Shown: in pieces, positions 1-9,477 of the stretch
How positions within the stretch are numbered: the first letter of the stretch is position 1
Layout of the letters: every line of letters starts with the position of its first letter
NCBI GenBank assembly: GCA_965649205.1
Contig: CBFGJV010000003.1
Span: forward strand, 53,187 to 107,391
Direction of reading: 5' to 3'
Length of the DNA stretch: 54,205 bases
DNA from: a candidate division WOR-3 bacterium
Lineage (GTDB): Bacteria; Hydrothermota; Tepidihabitantia; Tepidihabitantales; Tepidihabitantaceae
Notes under the pieces: model-generated
Told to the model about the DNA's origin: nothing
The model's database searches: none
The model's input: only the letters and a program-made list of their open reading frames with translations
Translations under genes and position numbers: made by a program

Positions 1-1399
1 TCGCTGATCCTGCCACTGTAATAGTTGAATCAATCACCATTATTTTCTCGTGAATGATTTTCTCCCCAAACGGCACCGAATCCTCATAGACCGGTAAGCC
101 GTTTGCCACCAGTTTTGGATATTGAGACCCCTGACCGAATACCCCGCTTCTGTCTATTACACCTCCCACCCAGACAGATTCTCTCCAACGTGCAACCATA
201 GCATCACCCAATCCGTTGTGCGTAAAAGAAAATATACCAAACAAAAGGTGTTTTTGCGTTTGGGCGGCAAGGCGGGCAATCGTATCCACCGGCCGATCCT
301 GCGGAGAGAAATAAACGTAAGCCGGATGTCCGTCAATCTCAAATCTGTGGGTAGGCTGTATGTCCCTCTTGGCCGAGTGAAACTTCGCTCTAGTCGGGTC
401 TGGTTGCGGTCCGCTTCCGCCCCACATCTGCTCAAACTCCAACCGATAGGCACGGGCTACTGCAGAAACTGGTATTTCCAACGCACAATCAGCCCGCAGT
501 TCATTCTCGTTCGGATTGTAAGAAGCCACCCATACCCAGTCATTTGTCGAATCGGCATCGGCCAAGTCCCGCACTACAAACTTGTTATGCATGTAGCTGC
601 CGGCGTTTGGCCCCATGGAATCAGACCAGACCGCAATGCCGTTTGCACGCAGCAGGTTGACCCAATTGCTGTTTAACCGATCACCATCAGTTATCACTCG
701 CACCACAACCCCACGTTGATGTGCGCTTAGCAAAGCTTGCACTACGTCGCTTCGGGAAGAATTGTAGTGGCAATAGTCCAGCGAATGGCGCGCCTGACTG
801 ATGAAGTCAATCAGCCGTAACGCCAGGCTGTCTTGAGCAAACCACACCCGTACAGTCTCGGGTTCCGGATCCGGCGTACCAAACCACACCTCATCCACAA
901 AACATCGCCGTTCTTGACTCATTCCCGCGGGGGCATACGTCCTCACCCGTACATCAGCGAAGGCCGCCTGGGCAGGTGCACGCACCGAGTCTCGCACACC
1001 TACCCAACCTAAGGAATCCCGTGAATAGCTTGTGCCGCTACTGGAAAGATAGGACGAATCCTGCTTGCGCCAGCTTACTCCCATGCCCAAAGATACCTCC
1101 TGGTTATCATCCCAGGCCTGGAAAGAAAGCTGATACCAAGTGCCGGCCTGCACCGGAACCCGCTGCACCAGACCATAATTGTTTCCGGCAGGTAGATAAC
1201 GTCGCAACAGTCGAACTGAACTGGCACCTTTATAGATTGTGTCTAATTCTCGAAACACACCGGTCCTTGTCCGATTCTCCACAACCCAGCCAACAGGCGT
1301 GGAATCGTTGTCCCAGTTTTCAAAATCCGGATTGACAAGCAGGTTGCCAGCCAAAGCAGAACAAACGCATAAAGCAACAAAGTACAATGTCTTGCCCAT
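1..1399 (-). CDS. Secreted phospholipase D-family protein (two HKD motifs) with an N-terminal carbohydrate-binding-like domain; 3' end runs off the window
   Basis: Hand translation from ATG 1399 gives MGKTLYFVALCVCSALAGNLLVNPDFENW..., then motifs MHNKFVVRD and IHEKIMVID...AGSA. The frame is open to position 1. It is absent from the ORF track, probably because no stop lies in the window. Confidence 0.88.
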   Translation of the reverse strand, partial: MGKTLYFVALCVCSALAGNLLVNPDFENWDNDSTPVGWVVENRTRTGVFRELDTIYKGASSVRLLRRYLPAGNNYGLVQRVPVQAGTWYQLSFQAWDDNQEVSLGMGVSWRKQDSSYLSSSGTSYSRDSLGWVGVRDSVRAPAQAAFADVRVRTYAPAGMSQERRCFVDEVWFGTPDPEPETVRVWFAQDSLALRLIDFISQARHSLDYCHYNSSRSDVVQALLSAHQRGVVVRVITDGDRLNSNWVNLLRANGIAVWSDSMGPNAGSYMHNKFVVRDLADADSTNDWVWVASYNPNENELRADCALEIPVSAVARAYRLEFEQMWGGSGPQPDPTRAKFHSAKRDIQPTHRFEIDGHPAYVYFSPQDRPVDTIARLAAQTQKHLLFGIFSFTHNGLGDAMVARWRESVWVGGVIDRSGVFGQGSQYPKLVANGLPVYEDSVPFGEKIIHEKIMVIDSTITVAGSA

Positions 1400-1407
1400 A
1401 ATAAGTA

Positions 1408-1436
1408 AGTATAGCGGAAATGAACAACGCAGACAA
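1408..1436 (-). promoter_or_regulatory. sigma70-type promoter of the PLD gene, probably leaderless
   Basis: TTGTCT-N17-TATACT, 8 nt upstream of the ATG; no Shine-Dalgarno (SD) sequence. Confidence 0.55.
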
Positions 1437-1571
1437 CAATAAGAACCCCCGCCTTGTGCTGAAATTGTCAATAACCATAACTGTCTGCAGTTCTTTAGGT
1501 TATGCCGCAACGCCGTTCTTGATTTCCACCAGAAACCATATACATTTTCTCAGTAAACAGGCGAGATACCA

Positions 1572-1868
1572 TTGGTATTCCAGATATTTGCCATAGAAAA
1601 CTGTAAGCTCTGCCGGAAAGCCCAGGATGTGCTATCGCGGCTGGGCGTAGAGATGCGCGTGCGCTATGTAGAAGGTCCGCAGGCAACCGCAGAAAACATA
1701 GCCGACTTTGCCTGGTATGACTGGACGGACAAAATGCCACTGGTGGTAGTCATCGAACAAGACCACGTACTTGCCCGCTGGGATGGCCGGCACATCGAAG
1801 GTCGTTGGATGCCGGAGGTGCAAGCCTGGATTTCCCAACACGCCCCTGCTGCTGGCAAGCAGCTTTAG
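1572..1868 (+). CDS. Glutaredoxin/NrdH-like thioredoxin-fold protein
   Basis: 98 aa with N-terminal CKLC (CxxC), followed by KAQDVL and a cis-Pro-type MPLVVV motif. Confidence 0.7.
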   Translation: MVFQIFAIENCKLCRKAQDVLSRLGVEMRVRYVEGPQATAENIADFAWYDWTDKMPLVVVIEQDHVLARWDGRHIEGRWMPEVQAWISQHAPAAGKQL

Positions 1869-1911
1869 ATTTCAGTACTTAGTCGAATCTGAAAAATGGC
1901 AAATGTATCAA

Positions 1912-3081
1912 TCAATGATGAAAAAGCCGCAGCCCGGTAAATACCATTACCATACCATATTCGTCCGCAGCCCGGATAATGCCTGCATCCCGACTTGAAC
2001 CGCCCGGTTGTGCTACGTAGCGCACCCCCGAGCGAGCTGCTCGGTCAATGTTATCCCGAAACGGTATGAATCCATCAGAGGCCAAACAAACTTCGTCGAA
2101 TTGTGCCAACCATTGCCTTTTTTCATCCGGCGTAAGAAAAACTGGCTCAGAATTAAAGCACAACCTCCAGGCCGCCCGCTCTGGCTCGGTCACATCCTCT
2201 TCCAGATACAAGTCTATCGCAGTTGCCCGCTCGCTCCGAGAGAGACCCTTCCGAAAATCAAGTGCTAATACTCGCGGGTGCAGACGCAAAAACCATTTGT
2301 CCGCCTTGGCGCAGGCTAATCGCGTACAATGAATGCGCGACTGTTGACCTGCACCCACACCGATAACCTGACCATCATACACTAAACATACAGAGTTAGA
2401 CTGAGTGTACTTCAGGACCAAAATAGCCAACAGCAGGTCTCGTCGCGCCGAAGCTGGAATCTCCTTTTTCACCGTCACTACTCGTTCCAGTAAATATTCG
2501 TCTATGACTGCATCATTACGTTCCTGCTCCAGAAACAGACCAAATACCTGCCTTACTTCCGTTTTGTCTGGGCGGTAATCAGGATCCATTTCCAAAACTG
2601 GGTAGTTACCCTCTTTCTTCGCCTTAAGCAGTTCCAGAGCAGCTGGTTCGTATCCTGGAGCAATACAGCCGTCCGAAACTTCCCGCCCGATCACCCTGGC
2701 CGTAGATTCATCCACCCTATCACTCAAAGCTACCCAATCGCCAAAAGAAGCCATGCGGTCCGCTCCCCGGGCCCGGACATATGCAGTAGCCAAAGGGGAA
2801 AGCTCCGACTTACCTACCGCACAGGAAGCCGCCAGTTCGGGCGAAAGCGAACCAGCTAGTGCCGCGCCTGCTGGACTTACGTGTTTAAACGAAGCTGCCG
2901 CCGGAACTCCAAACAATTCCCGCATCTCACGGACCAACTGCCAGGAATTCAACGCATCAAGCATATTCACATATCCGGGACAGCCAGCCAAAACCCGCAA
3001 AGGCAACTTGCCTGTAGGTGAATACAGCCTCGCCTGCCGCTGATGGGGATTAAGACCGTAACGCAGACGTAACTCTTCCAT
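1912..3081 (-). CDS. purH: AICAR transformylase, stand-alone (no N-terminal IMP cyclohydrolase domain)
   Basis: Motifs LRYGLNPHQ, FKHVSPAGAA, KYTQSNSV, GAGQQSRIHCTRLA, SDGFIPFRD, QPGGS and terminal RLFHH. Start reassigned to ATG 3081 (MEELRLRYG). Confidence 0.92.
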   Translation of the reverse strand: MEELRLRYGLNPHQRQARLYSPTGKLPLRVLAGCPGYVNMLDALNSWQLVREMRELFGVPAAASFKHVSPAGAALAGSLSPELAASCAVGKSELSPLATAYVRARGADRMASFGDWVALSDRVDESTARVIGREVSDGCIAPGYEPAALELLKAKKEGNYPVLEMDPDYRPDKTEVRQVFGLFLEQERNDAVIDEYLLERVVTVKKEIPASARRDLLLAILVLKYTQSNSVCLVYDGQVIGVGAGQQSRIHCTRLACAKADKWFLRLHPRVLALDFRKGLSRSERATAIDLYLEEDVTEPERAAWRLCFNSEPVFLTPDEKRQWLAQFDEVCLASDGFIPFRDNIDRAARSGVRYVAQPGGSSRDAGIIRAADEYGMVMVFTGLRLFHH

Positions 3082-3088
3082 CAACCCC

Positions 3089-3116
3089 AACTTACCTTCT
3101 GTCGGCCTGCTGTCAA
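3089..3116 (-). promoter_or_regulatory. sigma70-type promoter of purH, probably leaderless
   Basis: TTGACA-N16-TAAGTT, 7 nt before ATG 3081. Confidence 0.55.
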
Positions 3117-3219
3117 GTAATAACTCCACAGACGTCCAAGTAGGTCCCGCCGGCACCGTAGTTCTCACCCAGTCAGTTCCGAACGAACAATTCTGTCCCT
3201 GCCCGGCGTAGAGTGAATC

Positions 3220-3248
3220 TTGACGTAGCCCGAGACATCGTGTAACCT
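3220..3248 (+). promoter_or_regulatory. sigma70-type promoter of the zinc-ribbon gene
   Basis: TTGACG-N17-TAACCT, followed by SD AGGAGG before ATG 3268. Confidence 0.5.
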
Positions 3249-3267
3249 GACTCTTGCAGGAGGTCTA

Positions 3268-3486
3268 ATGATATGTTGGCAGTGCGGTGCAGAAATTCCC
3301 GACGATGTCCTTACTTGCCCCGAATGTGATGCGGAACTTGGTAACAATCCCGGACTCGGTATCCATAGGGCAGAGCAGTTCTGTCCATCCTGTGGATGTC
3401 CTTTAGAACAAGAAGAAGCGGTCTGCCCGGTATGTGGGTTCGCCCTCGAAGAGAATCACCCGAACGAAGAGGACAACGAAGCGTAG
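3268..3486 (+). CDS. Double zinc-ribbon small protein
   Basis: Four CxxC pairs (CWQC, CPEC, CPSC, CPVC); strong SD AGGAGG. Confidence 0.8.
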   Translation: MICWQCGAEIPDDVLTCPECDAELGNNPGLGIHRAEQFCPSCGCPLEQEEAVCPVCGFALEENHPNEEDNEA

Positions 3487-3554
3487 TCTTCCTCTTTGGG
3501 AAGGCACCTGCACATAGCTTCAAGCGGTCGGGCAACGTGAAACAATAACTCAAC

Positions 3555-4463
3555 ATGGGAGAGGCAGTTGCCATAGTCAACCCTTGTGCGGGTCGTCGGA
3601 GAGGAGCAAAACTCCGCTTTCAAGCTCTGAAGACACTAAAACATCTATTCCCCAATCTCAAGGTGATAACAACCGCAGGCCCTGGTCATGCCACGCAGCT
3701 AGCGCGAGAACACCAGAAATCCAACCTAGTCATTGCGGTGGGCGGTGACGGTACCGTCCGTGAAGTGGCTTCGGGTCTGGTAGAAAGTCAAACCGAACTA
3801 GCCATAGTCCCCACCGGATCAGGTAATGATTTCATCAAAAGTTTAGCAATACCTGCCAACATTGTCGCCGCCTGTCATGCTGCTCGTTACGGCAGGGGGC
3901 GCCGCGTCGATGTAGCACGCATCACACAGATCCCTCCTGATACACCAACGCAACCGGTCCGGTCTAACATCTTTGTCAATGCGGCCGGCTTCGGCTTTGA
4001 CGCTGCAGTTGTAGCAGAAACAGCAAAAACTAAGTTTCTTTCTGGTCTGGCTATGTATCTGACAGCCGTATTTCGGGCAGTAAAAAACTTCGTTTGTCCC
4101 AGAGTAATAATAAGAACAGAAAACCGGGAGTGGGAACAACGGATACTGCTAATAGCTGCAGCTAATGGCCGCATTTACGGAGGCGGCATGAAAATAGCAC
4201 CTGAAGCCCGGCTGGACGATGGTTTACTTGATATCTGTGTCATCAGGGACGTCAGCCGGTTTACCGTCTACCGCCATCTTCCTCGCTTTGTGGCTGGCAC
4301 GCATGTGTCGCTCACTCCCGTAAAAATGTACCGAAGCCGGTGGCTGGAACTGGAATTACTGGAATCTTGCCCGCTCCAACTGGACGGCGACCTACAATCT
4401 GAAGTTGAACCCCGGAGATACCGACTGGAGATTATGCCCGCAGCGCTACGAATAAGGACATAA
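3555..4463 (+). CDS. Diacylglycerol/lipid kinase family protein (YegS/DgkB-like)
   Basis: Motifs VNPCAG, GGDGT, PTGSGNDF, GFGFDA, YGGG, DDGLLD and QLDGD. Confidence 0.93.
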   Translation: MGEAVAIVNPCAGRRRGAKLRFQALKTLKHLFPNLKVITTAGPGHATQLAREHQKSNLVIAVGGDGTVREVASGLVESQTELAIVPTGSGNDFIKSLAIPANIVAACHAARYGRGRRVDVARITQIPPDTPTQPVRSNIFVNAAGFGFDAAVVAETAKTKFLSGLAMYLTAVFRAVKNFVCPRVIIRTENREWEQRILLIAAANGRIYGGGMKIAPEARLDDGLLDICVIRDVSRFTVYRHLPRFVAGTHVSLTPVKMYRSRWLELELLESCPLQLDGDLQSEVEPRRYRLEIMPAALRIRT

Positions 4464-4467
4464 ACAT

Positions 4468-5760
4468 ATGTTACGCCTTCCATACTCACTTGCTTTTGGC
4501 ATCTCTATCGCGCTTTTCTTTTCTTCTTCCTCTGTTCACGCCTACGAACTCTACTACGCCAATCTACATTCTCACACCAGCTATTCTGACGGAGCGAGTT
4601 TACCCGTACACGCCTTCGCTTATGCGCGCGATACAGCAGGTATATCAGTGCTGGCGGTAACCGACCACGGCGAGCTACTCTCTAACAGCGAGTGGCAGGA
4701 CGTAATACTTCAGGCTCATCAGGCTACCATTCCTGGTCGCTTCATAGGCTTGGCTGGCTTTGAATGGTCAAGTCCATTCCAGGGGCACACCAATGTGTTC
4801 TTCACCGACGACTATACCAGTTTCCTGCTCACGCCTACGATTGGCCAGTTTTATACCTGGCTATCCCGGCGCCCCCAAGCTGTCGGACAGTTCAATCATC
4901 CCACGCCGGATAATTATCGCAGCTTTGCCTACAACAACGCCGCCGACTCACAGATGTATCTGTACGAAATACAGAACACAGAGCAAGCACTAAATTACCA
5001 CATTCCCTTGGACAGCGGATGGCGAGTAGGCGCCGTCGCCAACCAGGACAACCATTCTGCAGACTGGGGTGCCGGGCATCAACTTACCGGCATATGGACA
5101 GAGTCACTAACCGTTTCCGCAATAACCCGTGCCCTCAAACAGATGCGTACCTTCGCTACACTGGACCGCAATTCCCGTATGCAATTCTTTGCCAATGACT
5201 CTTGGATGGGCTCTATCATCCCCAACGGCGAAATCAGGTTCCGAGTGGTAGTCAAAGACTCTGATCGGGCCGAACGCTTCCGTCGGCTGGAAATAGTTAC
5301 CAACCGTAACATCGTACTTGATTCTCTGCTGTATCCGGATTCCAACTACGTCGAATGGACACCGCGTCCCATAACCACCGGCCCGGACGAACGGCGTTGG
5401 TTCTTCTGTCGTGCTATCCAAACAGATGGAAACATTGTGCAATCATCCGCCATCTGGACCGAACCTACGACGAAAATGGCAACAGAATCTGTGGTACCTA
5501 CCTTACCTGTGCTTATCGTTACTCCGAACCCAGCCAGCGGGCCAATCAAAGTAAGTTTCTCCGGGGCTGTGTTTTGTCCCCGGTCCATTAGCATATTTGA
5601 CCCGGTCGGCCGACTTATCAACATAATCCCTGTAGACCTCAGAACAAACACTGCCATGTGGACCGGAACTGACGGGAACGGTCTCCCTCTGCCAAGAGGT
5701 GTATACCTGTTAGTACCGGAAACTGTCTTCTCGTCTGTCAAGCTAGTACTTATCAGGTAG
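4468..5760 (+). CDS. Secreted PHP-family metallohydrolase with a C-terminal sorting-type (T9SS-CTD/FlgD-Ig-like) domain
   Basis: Signal peptide; motifs NLHSHTSYSDG, TDH, GFEW, FNHP and NQDNH; C-terminus TPNP...IFDPVGRLI...GVYLL...KLVLIR. Confidence 0.8.
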   Translation: MLRLPYSLAFGISIALFFSSSSVHAYELYYANLHSHTSYSDGASLPVHAFAYARDTAGISVLAVTDHGELLSNSEWQDVILQAHQATIPGRFIGLAGFEWSSPFQGHTNVFFTDDYTSFLLTPTIGQFYTWLSRRPQAVGQFNHPTPDNYRSFAYNNAADSQMYLYEIQNTEQALNYHIPLDSGWRVGAVANQDNHSADWGAGHQLTGIWTESLTVSAITRALKQMRTFATLDRNSRMQFFANDSWMGSIIPNGEIRFRVVVKDSDRAERFRRLEIVTNRNIVLDSLLYPDSNYVEWTPRPITTGPDERRWFFCRAIQTDGNIVQSSAIWTEPTTKMATESVVPTLPVLIVTPNPASGPIKVSFSGAVFCPRSISIFDPVGRLINIIPVDLRTNTAMWTGTDGNGLPLPRGVYLLVPETVFSSVKLVLIR

Positions 5761-5773
5761 CTTGCCTCCTATA

Positions 5774-5801
5774 TTGACCGGCCTTTGCTTTGCAGTATGC
5801 T
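5774..5801 (+). promoter_or_regulatory. sigma70-type promoter
   Basis: TTGACC-N16-TATGCT upstream of SD AAGGAGG and GTG 5852. Confidence 0.5.
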
Positions 5802-5851
5802 AGTGCAAGTTGTATTCAGAATACAAGAAGAAGTTATCTAAGGAGGTCATT

Positions 5852-7948
5852 GTGCGCAGACGCCTGTCCTTTCTTTTATGCCTGCCTGCGCTCTTCTTCC
5901 TTGCTACAGGCTGCAGAAACAAACCGCCCTATACGCCAGCAAAACCACAGGGTCCCTCCTTTGTTCCTAAAGACTCTCTGGTAGAATATTCCACAATCAC
6001 TACTGATCCGAATCGTGACCGTATTTTCTATATTTTCGACTGGGGTGATAGCCGAGCGGACACGACCCTATCCCTGCGTTCAGGTGATACGGCACGTGCC
6101 CGACATGCCTGGTCTGATACGGGTATTTTCGCTGTCAGAGTCAGGGCTCGCGACGCCAGAGGGCTGTACTCCAGTAGCTGGTCCGAAACTCTTTTGGTGC
6201 AGGTAGGCCGCAACCGCCGTCCCCTGCGTCCCGCACCCCCCACTGGCCCTGATTCCGGGGCAGTGGACAGTTCCTATTCCTTCACAGCCATGGCCATTGA
6301 TCCAGACGGAGACTCGGTACGCATAAGATTCATCTGGGGCGAGCAGGACCGGGTTTCCTACTGGAGCGAACTAGTACCTTCGGGTACCCCCGTAACAGAG
6401 TCTGTAATCTACTACACTGGAGGTATAAAAAGAGTACGGGTAGTAGCGATGGACCAGCACTCTGGACTTTCTGACACTTCAGAACCAAAGCTCTTCGCTA
6501 TCCGAAATACCCCCCCGCAGAAACCCACCCTGGACGGTCCGGCGCGTGGCATCAAGAACGGCCCGTACTATACGTTCTACGCCACCTGTCGTGACCCGCA
6601 GCAGGACAGCGTTCAATACAAGTTTTTCTGGGGAAATGGCACCACTTCCGGTTGGACCCCCCTGTTACCTTCTGGCGCCGTAGCAATAGACTCCTGCCGT
6701 TACGCAGCAGAGGGCGTTTACAGTTACCGCGTACTTGCACGAGATCAGTACGGCGCCTATTCAGAAACCTCGGACGTACGACAATTCGAAGTGGTAGGAG
6801 AAGGACAGGTATTGTGGCATATGTTGCTGGGTGATGACATAGTTTCTTCTCCAGCTCTTGGCGAAGCAGTCGATGCTTGGGGCAGGAACCGTACGGCCGT
6901 TGTTGCCGCAGCAGTCAACGGCACTCTAGTAGCCGTAGACGCCTATCAGGGTCGAGTGCTGTATGAAGCTTACGAACCCGAAGCAGAGCAATACTACTGT
7001 TCGCCCGCAATCGGCCCTACCGGCACAGTGTATATCGGTAACGGAAACGGCTTGGTGTATGCTTACGACCGCTCTGGCATCCTCAAATGGGCCTGGCCTG
7101 GAGAAATAACGGGGGACGATATGTACGCCACCCCAGCCGTGGACAATAACAACATCTATGTAGGTGGAGAAAATCGCAGCATCACCCAGATTCGCGACTT
7201 GGGGGACACGGCTTTCGCTGTTTGGTCTTACCGCCTTCGGGAGGAACTGAATGCCTCGCCTGTAATCAACTCCAACGGCGAACTTATTGTTTGTGATGAC
7301 TCCGGATATGTGTACTGCTTCGCCCCCGACCGCTCGCTCCGCTGGAGCCACACCACCTTTCAAAACATAACTTCCTCGCCGGCGTTGGCCGCAGACGGTA
7401 CCATCTACTTCGGCACAGAGCAGGGCGCTCTGTATGCCCTCAGTCCCAACGGGGAAAGAGTGTGGCCACCTTACGTCGTCCAACCTTCTGCTTCCATAAC
7501 CTCCTCTCCGGTAGTAGGGCCGGATGGCACCATCTATTTTGGCGCAGACAACGGTTACCTTTATAGACTCACCCCATCCGGACAGCCAGTCAACGGCTGG
7601 CCCGTGCAGCTTTGCCTTTCGGACATAGCCTCGACGCCGGCGATTGCGGCAGACGGCATCGTCTATGTGGCTGCGGACAACGACACTATGTACGCAGTGC
7701 GACCGGATGGCTCTGTTGCCTGGAGCGTAAGCCTGCGTTTACCGGGAAGACGTTCCAGCCCACGTCACAAGAGTGTGGACGACCTGCTGCCTTCTCCGGT
7801 GATAGACCGCTATGGAATCGTCTATGTAGCTTCCGGCCTTGACGGATTGCTCGCTATCGCCGGACGTTCTTCGGGTTCGCTTGCGCCCGGTCAATGGCCA
7901 ATGTTCCATCGAGACCAAAGACATTCCGGTAAACAGGGAAACCGTTAA
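5852..7948 (+). CDS. Lipoprotein with three PKD-like Ig domains and a PQQ-like (BamB-type) beta-propeller
   Basis: GTG start after SD AAGGAGG; lipobox LATGC; three repeats of DPxxDxI/VxxxFxWG; repeated SSPAL/TPAI...GTIYFG blades; terminal WPMFHRDQRHSG. Confidence 0.85.
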   Translation: MRRRLSFLLCLPALFFLATGCRNKPPYTPAKPQGPSFVPKDSLVEYSTITTDPNRDRIFYIFDWGDSRADTTLSLRSGDTARARHAWSDTGIFAVRVRARDARGLYSSSWSETLLVQVGRNRRPLRPAPPTGPDSGAVDSSYSFTAMAIDPDGDSVRIRFIWGEQDRVSYWSELVPSGTPVTESVIYYTGGIKRVRVVAMDQHSGLSDTSEPKLFAIRNTPPQKPTLDGPARGIKNGPYYTFYATCRDPQQDSVQYKFFWGNGTTSGWTPLLPSGAVAIDSCRYAAEGVYSYRVLARDQYGAYSETSDVRQFEVVGEGQVLWHMLLGDDIVSSPALGEAVDAWGRNRTAVVAAAVNGTLVAVDAYQGRVLYEAYEPEAEQYYCSPAIGPTGTVYIGNGNGLVYAYDRSGILKWAWPGEITGDDMYATPAVDNNNIYVGGENRSITQIRDLGDTAFAVWSYRLREELNASPVINSNGELIVCDDSGYVYCFAPDRSLRWSHTTFQNITSSPALAADGTIYFGTEQGALYALSPNGERVWPPYVVQPSASITSSPVVGPDGTIYFGADNGYLYRLTPSGQPVNGWPVQLCLSDIASTPAIAADGIVYVAADNDTMYAVRPDGSVAWSVSLRLPGRRSSPRHKSVDDLLPSPVIDRYGIVYVASGLDGLLAIAGRSSGSLAPGQWPMFHRDQRHSGKQGNR

Positions 7949-7978
7949 ATGTCTGTATTTGTCTAGCGGGAAAGTCGC

Positions 7979-8007
7979 TTGACACCCTACCTGCTGAAAT
8001 CTAACCT
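7979..8007 (+). promoter_or_regulatory. sigma70-type promoter with a very short or no leader
   Basis: TTGACA-N17-TAACCT, 9 nt before ATG 8017. Confidence 0.55.
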
Positions 8008-8016
8008 TGTGTGGAT

Positions 8017-9477
8017 ATGAGTAGCGCTCTGGCCCTTCTTCTCGGCCTTAACGCAGCCCTGGCAAGTCTGCCCGAACGTCTACCCGGCCCTGTCATACAT
8101 TCCCGTTCTTTCGCCACCGTCTCCGCCAATCGTTACTCGGTACATTCCGGTTTCACTGACTCTTTGCCTCGTCAAGTGATGTACAACGTGCTCTGGGCTA
8201 TGAATAGAGTCCCCAGCTTTGGTTCTTACCGGCAGTTGTACTTAGCCACCAGAACTGGTGTTTACCGCTATGAACCGACTGAAAATGCCATCTCCTTGCA
8301 CAAACTAGGCGACTTGCGCTATTCTCCCGGCTCTGCGTTTGAAGTAGGAATATGCTGCGAACGACACGAAGAAGCCGGTATGCTAACCCAGGCTGCTCTG
8401 CTTGCCGGCACCGCCTTCAATGATTCAGGAGGTCCCGGGGTAGCCTCCTGTCCGATGAAGTGGGCCGCGGACAACGCCAATGAATGCTGGGACCCCGTCT
8501 ATCCTGTCCGGATGGTAGTGGTTTTTGGCCAGGCAGAATTAAAGGCGCCCGCAGCTTCCCTCAACTTGATCTCATCCGATACCAGTCTTCCCCAACCCCA
8601 AATTACTGGGGACGATTCGTTCGAAATAGTACTGATGGGACTTTCCCAAGATTCTGCCCTTGCCCCCCTTCCCCTGTCGTCTCGTGTCGTGTCACAGTTA
8701 CTCTGGGCCGGTTACGGACCGACACCGCATATGACCTACAATGGCCGTCGCGGACTTACAGTACCCAGTGCTACGGCTGCCTATCCCCTGACCGGTCGCA
8801 TCTATCTGGTACAGCCAGACGGCGTTTACCGTTATCGAAATAGACCAGCGTCCGGCCGAATGAACCTCGCAGACCACCGCTTGGAAACGATAACAACCAG
8901 TGACCAGAGAGAAAGATTGCGTCGGGCTTGCAAGAGGATTCCTTCTTCCGCACCGCTCTACATCGTAGTATGTGCCGCCGACACATCTTCCTATGCTGCT
9001 CTGCAGGAAGCCGGCTGCGTTGCTTTCCAGTATCTTACACAAGCTCGAGCCTTGGGACTTGCCGGTTTTATTACCACCCCGTTGTCCCCTGATGAGCGCG
9101 TACAAATTGCCCAAGCCCTGAATTTTCCTCTGGGTGAATACCCTGTTCTAGTCTTCTCTGCGGGCGAGCCTGCGCCGGCTTCCCTCGCCGAAAGACCAAC
9201 TCTGGTGGAAATAATTCGGGCCAAGCCTGCAATAAGACCGGATGAAATACTCCAGGTGCGCTACTTGCTGCACCAGTCTGGGCCGGTAGAAATAGAAGTA
9301 TTCGACCTCTTGGGACGACCCGTTCGTAAGCTTCTAGAAGCTCGGCAGCCCGCCGGGCACCACAATATAATCTGGGACGGCACTGATGCAAGCGGACAGC
9401 GAGTAAAAACCGGAACGTACGTACTAACCATCCATTCCCAGGGGTCAATCAGCCGCCACCGCGTAGCCGTTTTCTAG
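8017..9477 (+). CDS. Exported tandem nitroreductase-fold (SagB/ThcOx-like) protein with a C-terminal FlgD-Ig/CTD-like domain
   Basis: Short signal peptide; two homologous halves (NVLWA / QLLWAGYG, GVYRY twice, EEAG / QEAG, TVPSA); C-terminus FDLLGRPVRKL...WDGTDASGQRVKTGTY. Alternative start GTG 8011. Confidence 0.72.
   Translation: MSSALALLLGLNAALASLPERLPGPVIHSRSFATVSANRYSVHSGFTDSLPRQVMYNVLWAMNRVPSFGSYRQLYLATRTGVYRYEPTENAISLHKLGDLRYSPGSAFEVGICCERHEEAGMLTQAALLAGTAFNDSGGPGVASCPMKWAADNANECWDPVYPVRMVVVFGQAELKAPAASLNLISSDTSLPQPQITGDDSFEIVLMGLSQDSALAPLPLSSRVVSQLLWAGYGPTPHMTYNGRRGLTVPSATAAYPLTGRIYLVQPDGVYRYRNRPASGRMNLADHRLETITTSDQRERLRRACKRIPSSAPLYIVVCAADTSSYAALQEAGCVAFQYLTQARALGLAGFITTPLSPDERVQIAQALNFPLGEYPVLVFSAGEPAPASLAERPTLVEIIRAKPAIRPDEILQVRYLLHQSGPVEIEVFDLLGRPVRKLLEARQPAGHHNIIWDGTDASGQRVKTGTYVLTIHSQGSISRHRVAVF

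Noticed and set aside
122..1442. Listed short ORFs at the window start
   Set aside because: They overlap the real minus-strand PLD gene.
3090..3215. ZTP (pfl) riboswitch upstream of purH
   Set aside because: A GACTG is present, but the CGCCTGGGC 3' element is missing, and a promoter directly abuts the start codon.
8017..9477. RiPP (azole-peptide) cluster based on the SagB-like fold
   Set aside because: No YcaO/E1-like or precursor gene is nearby, and the protein appears exported.
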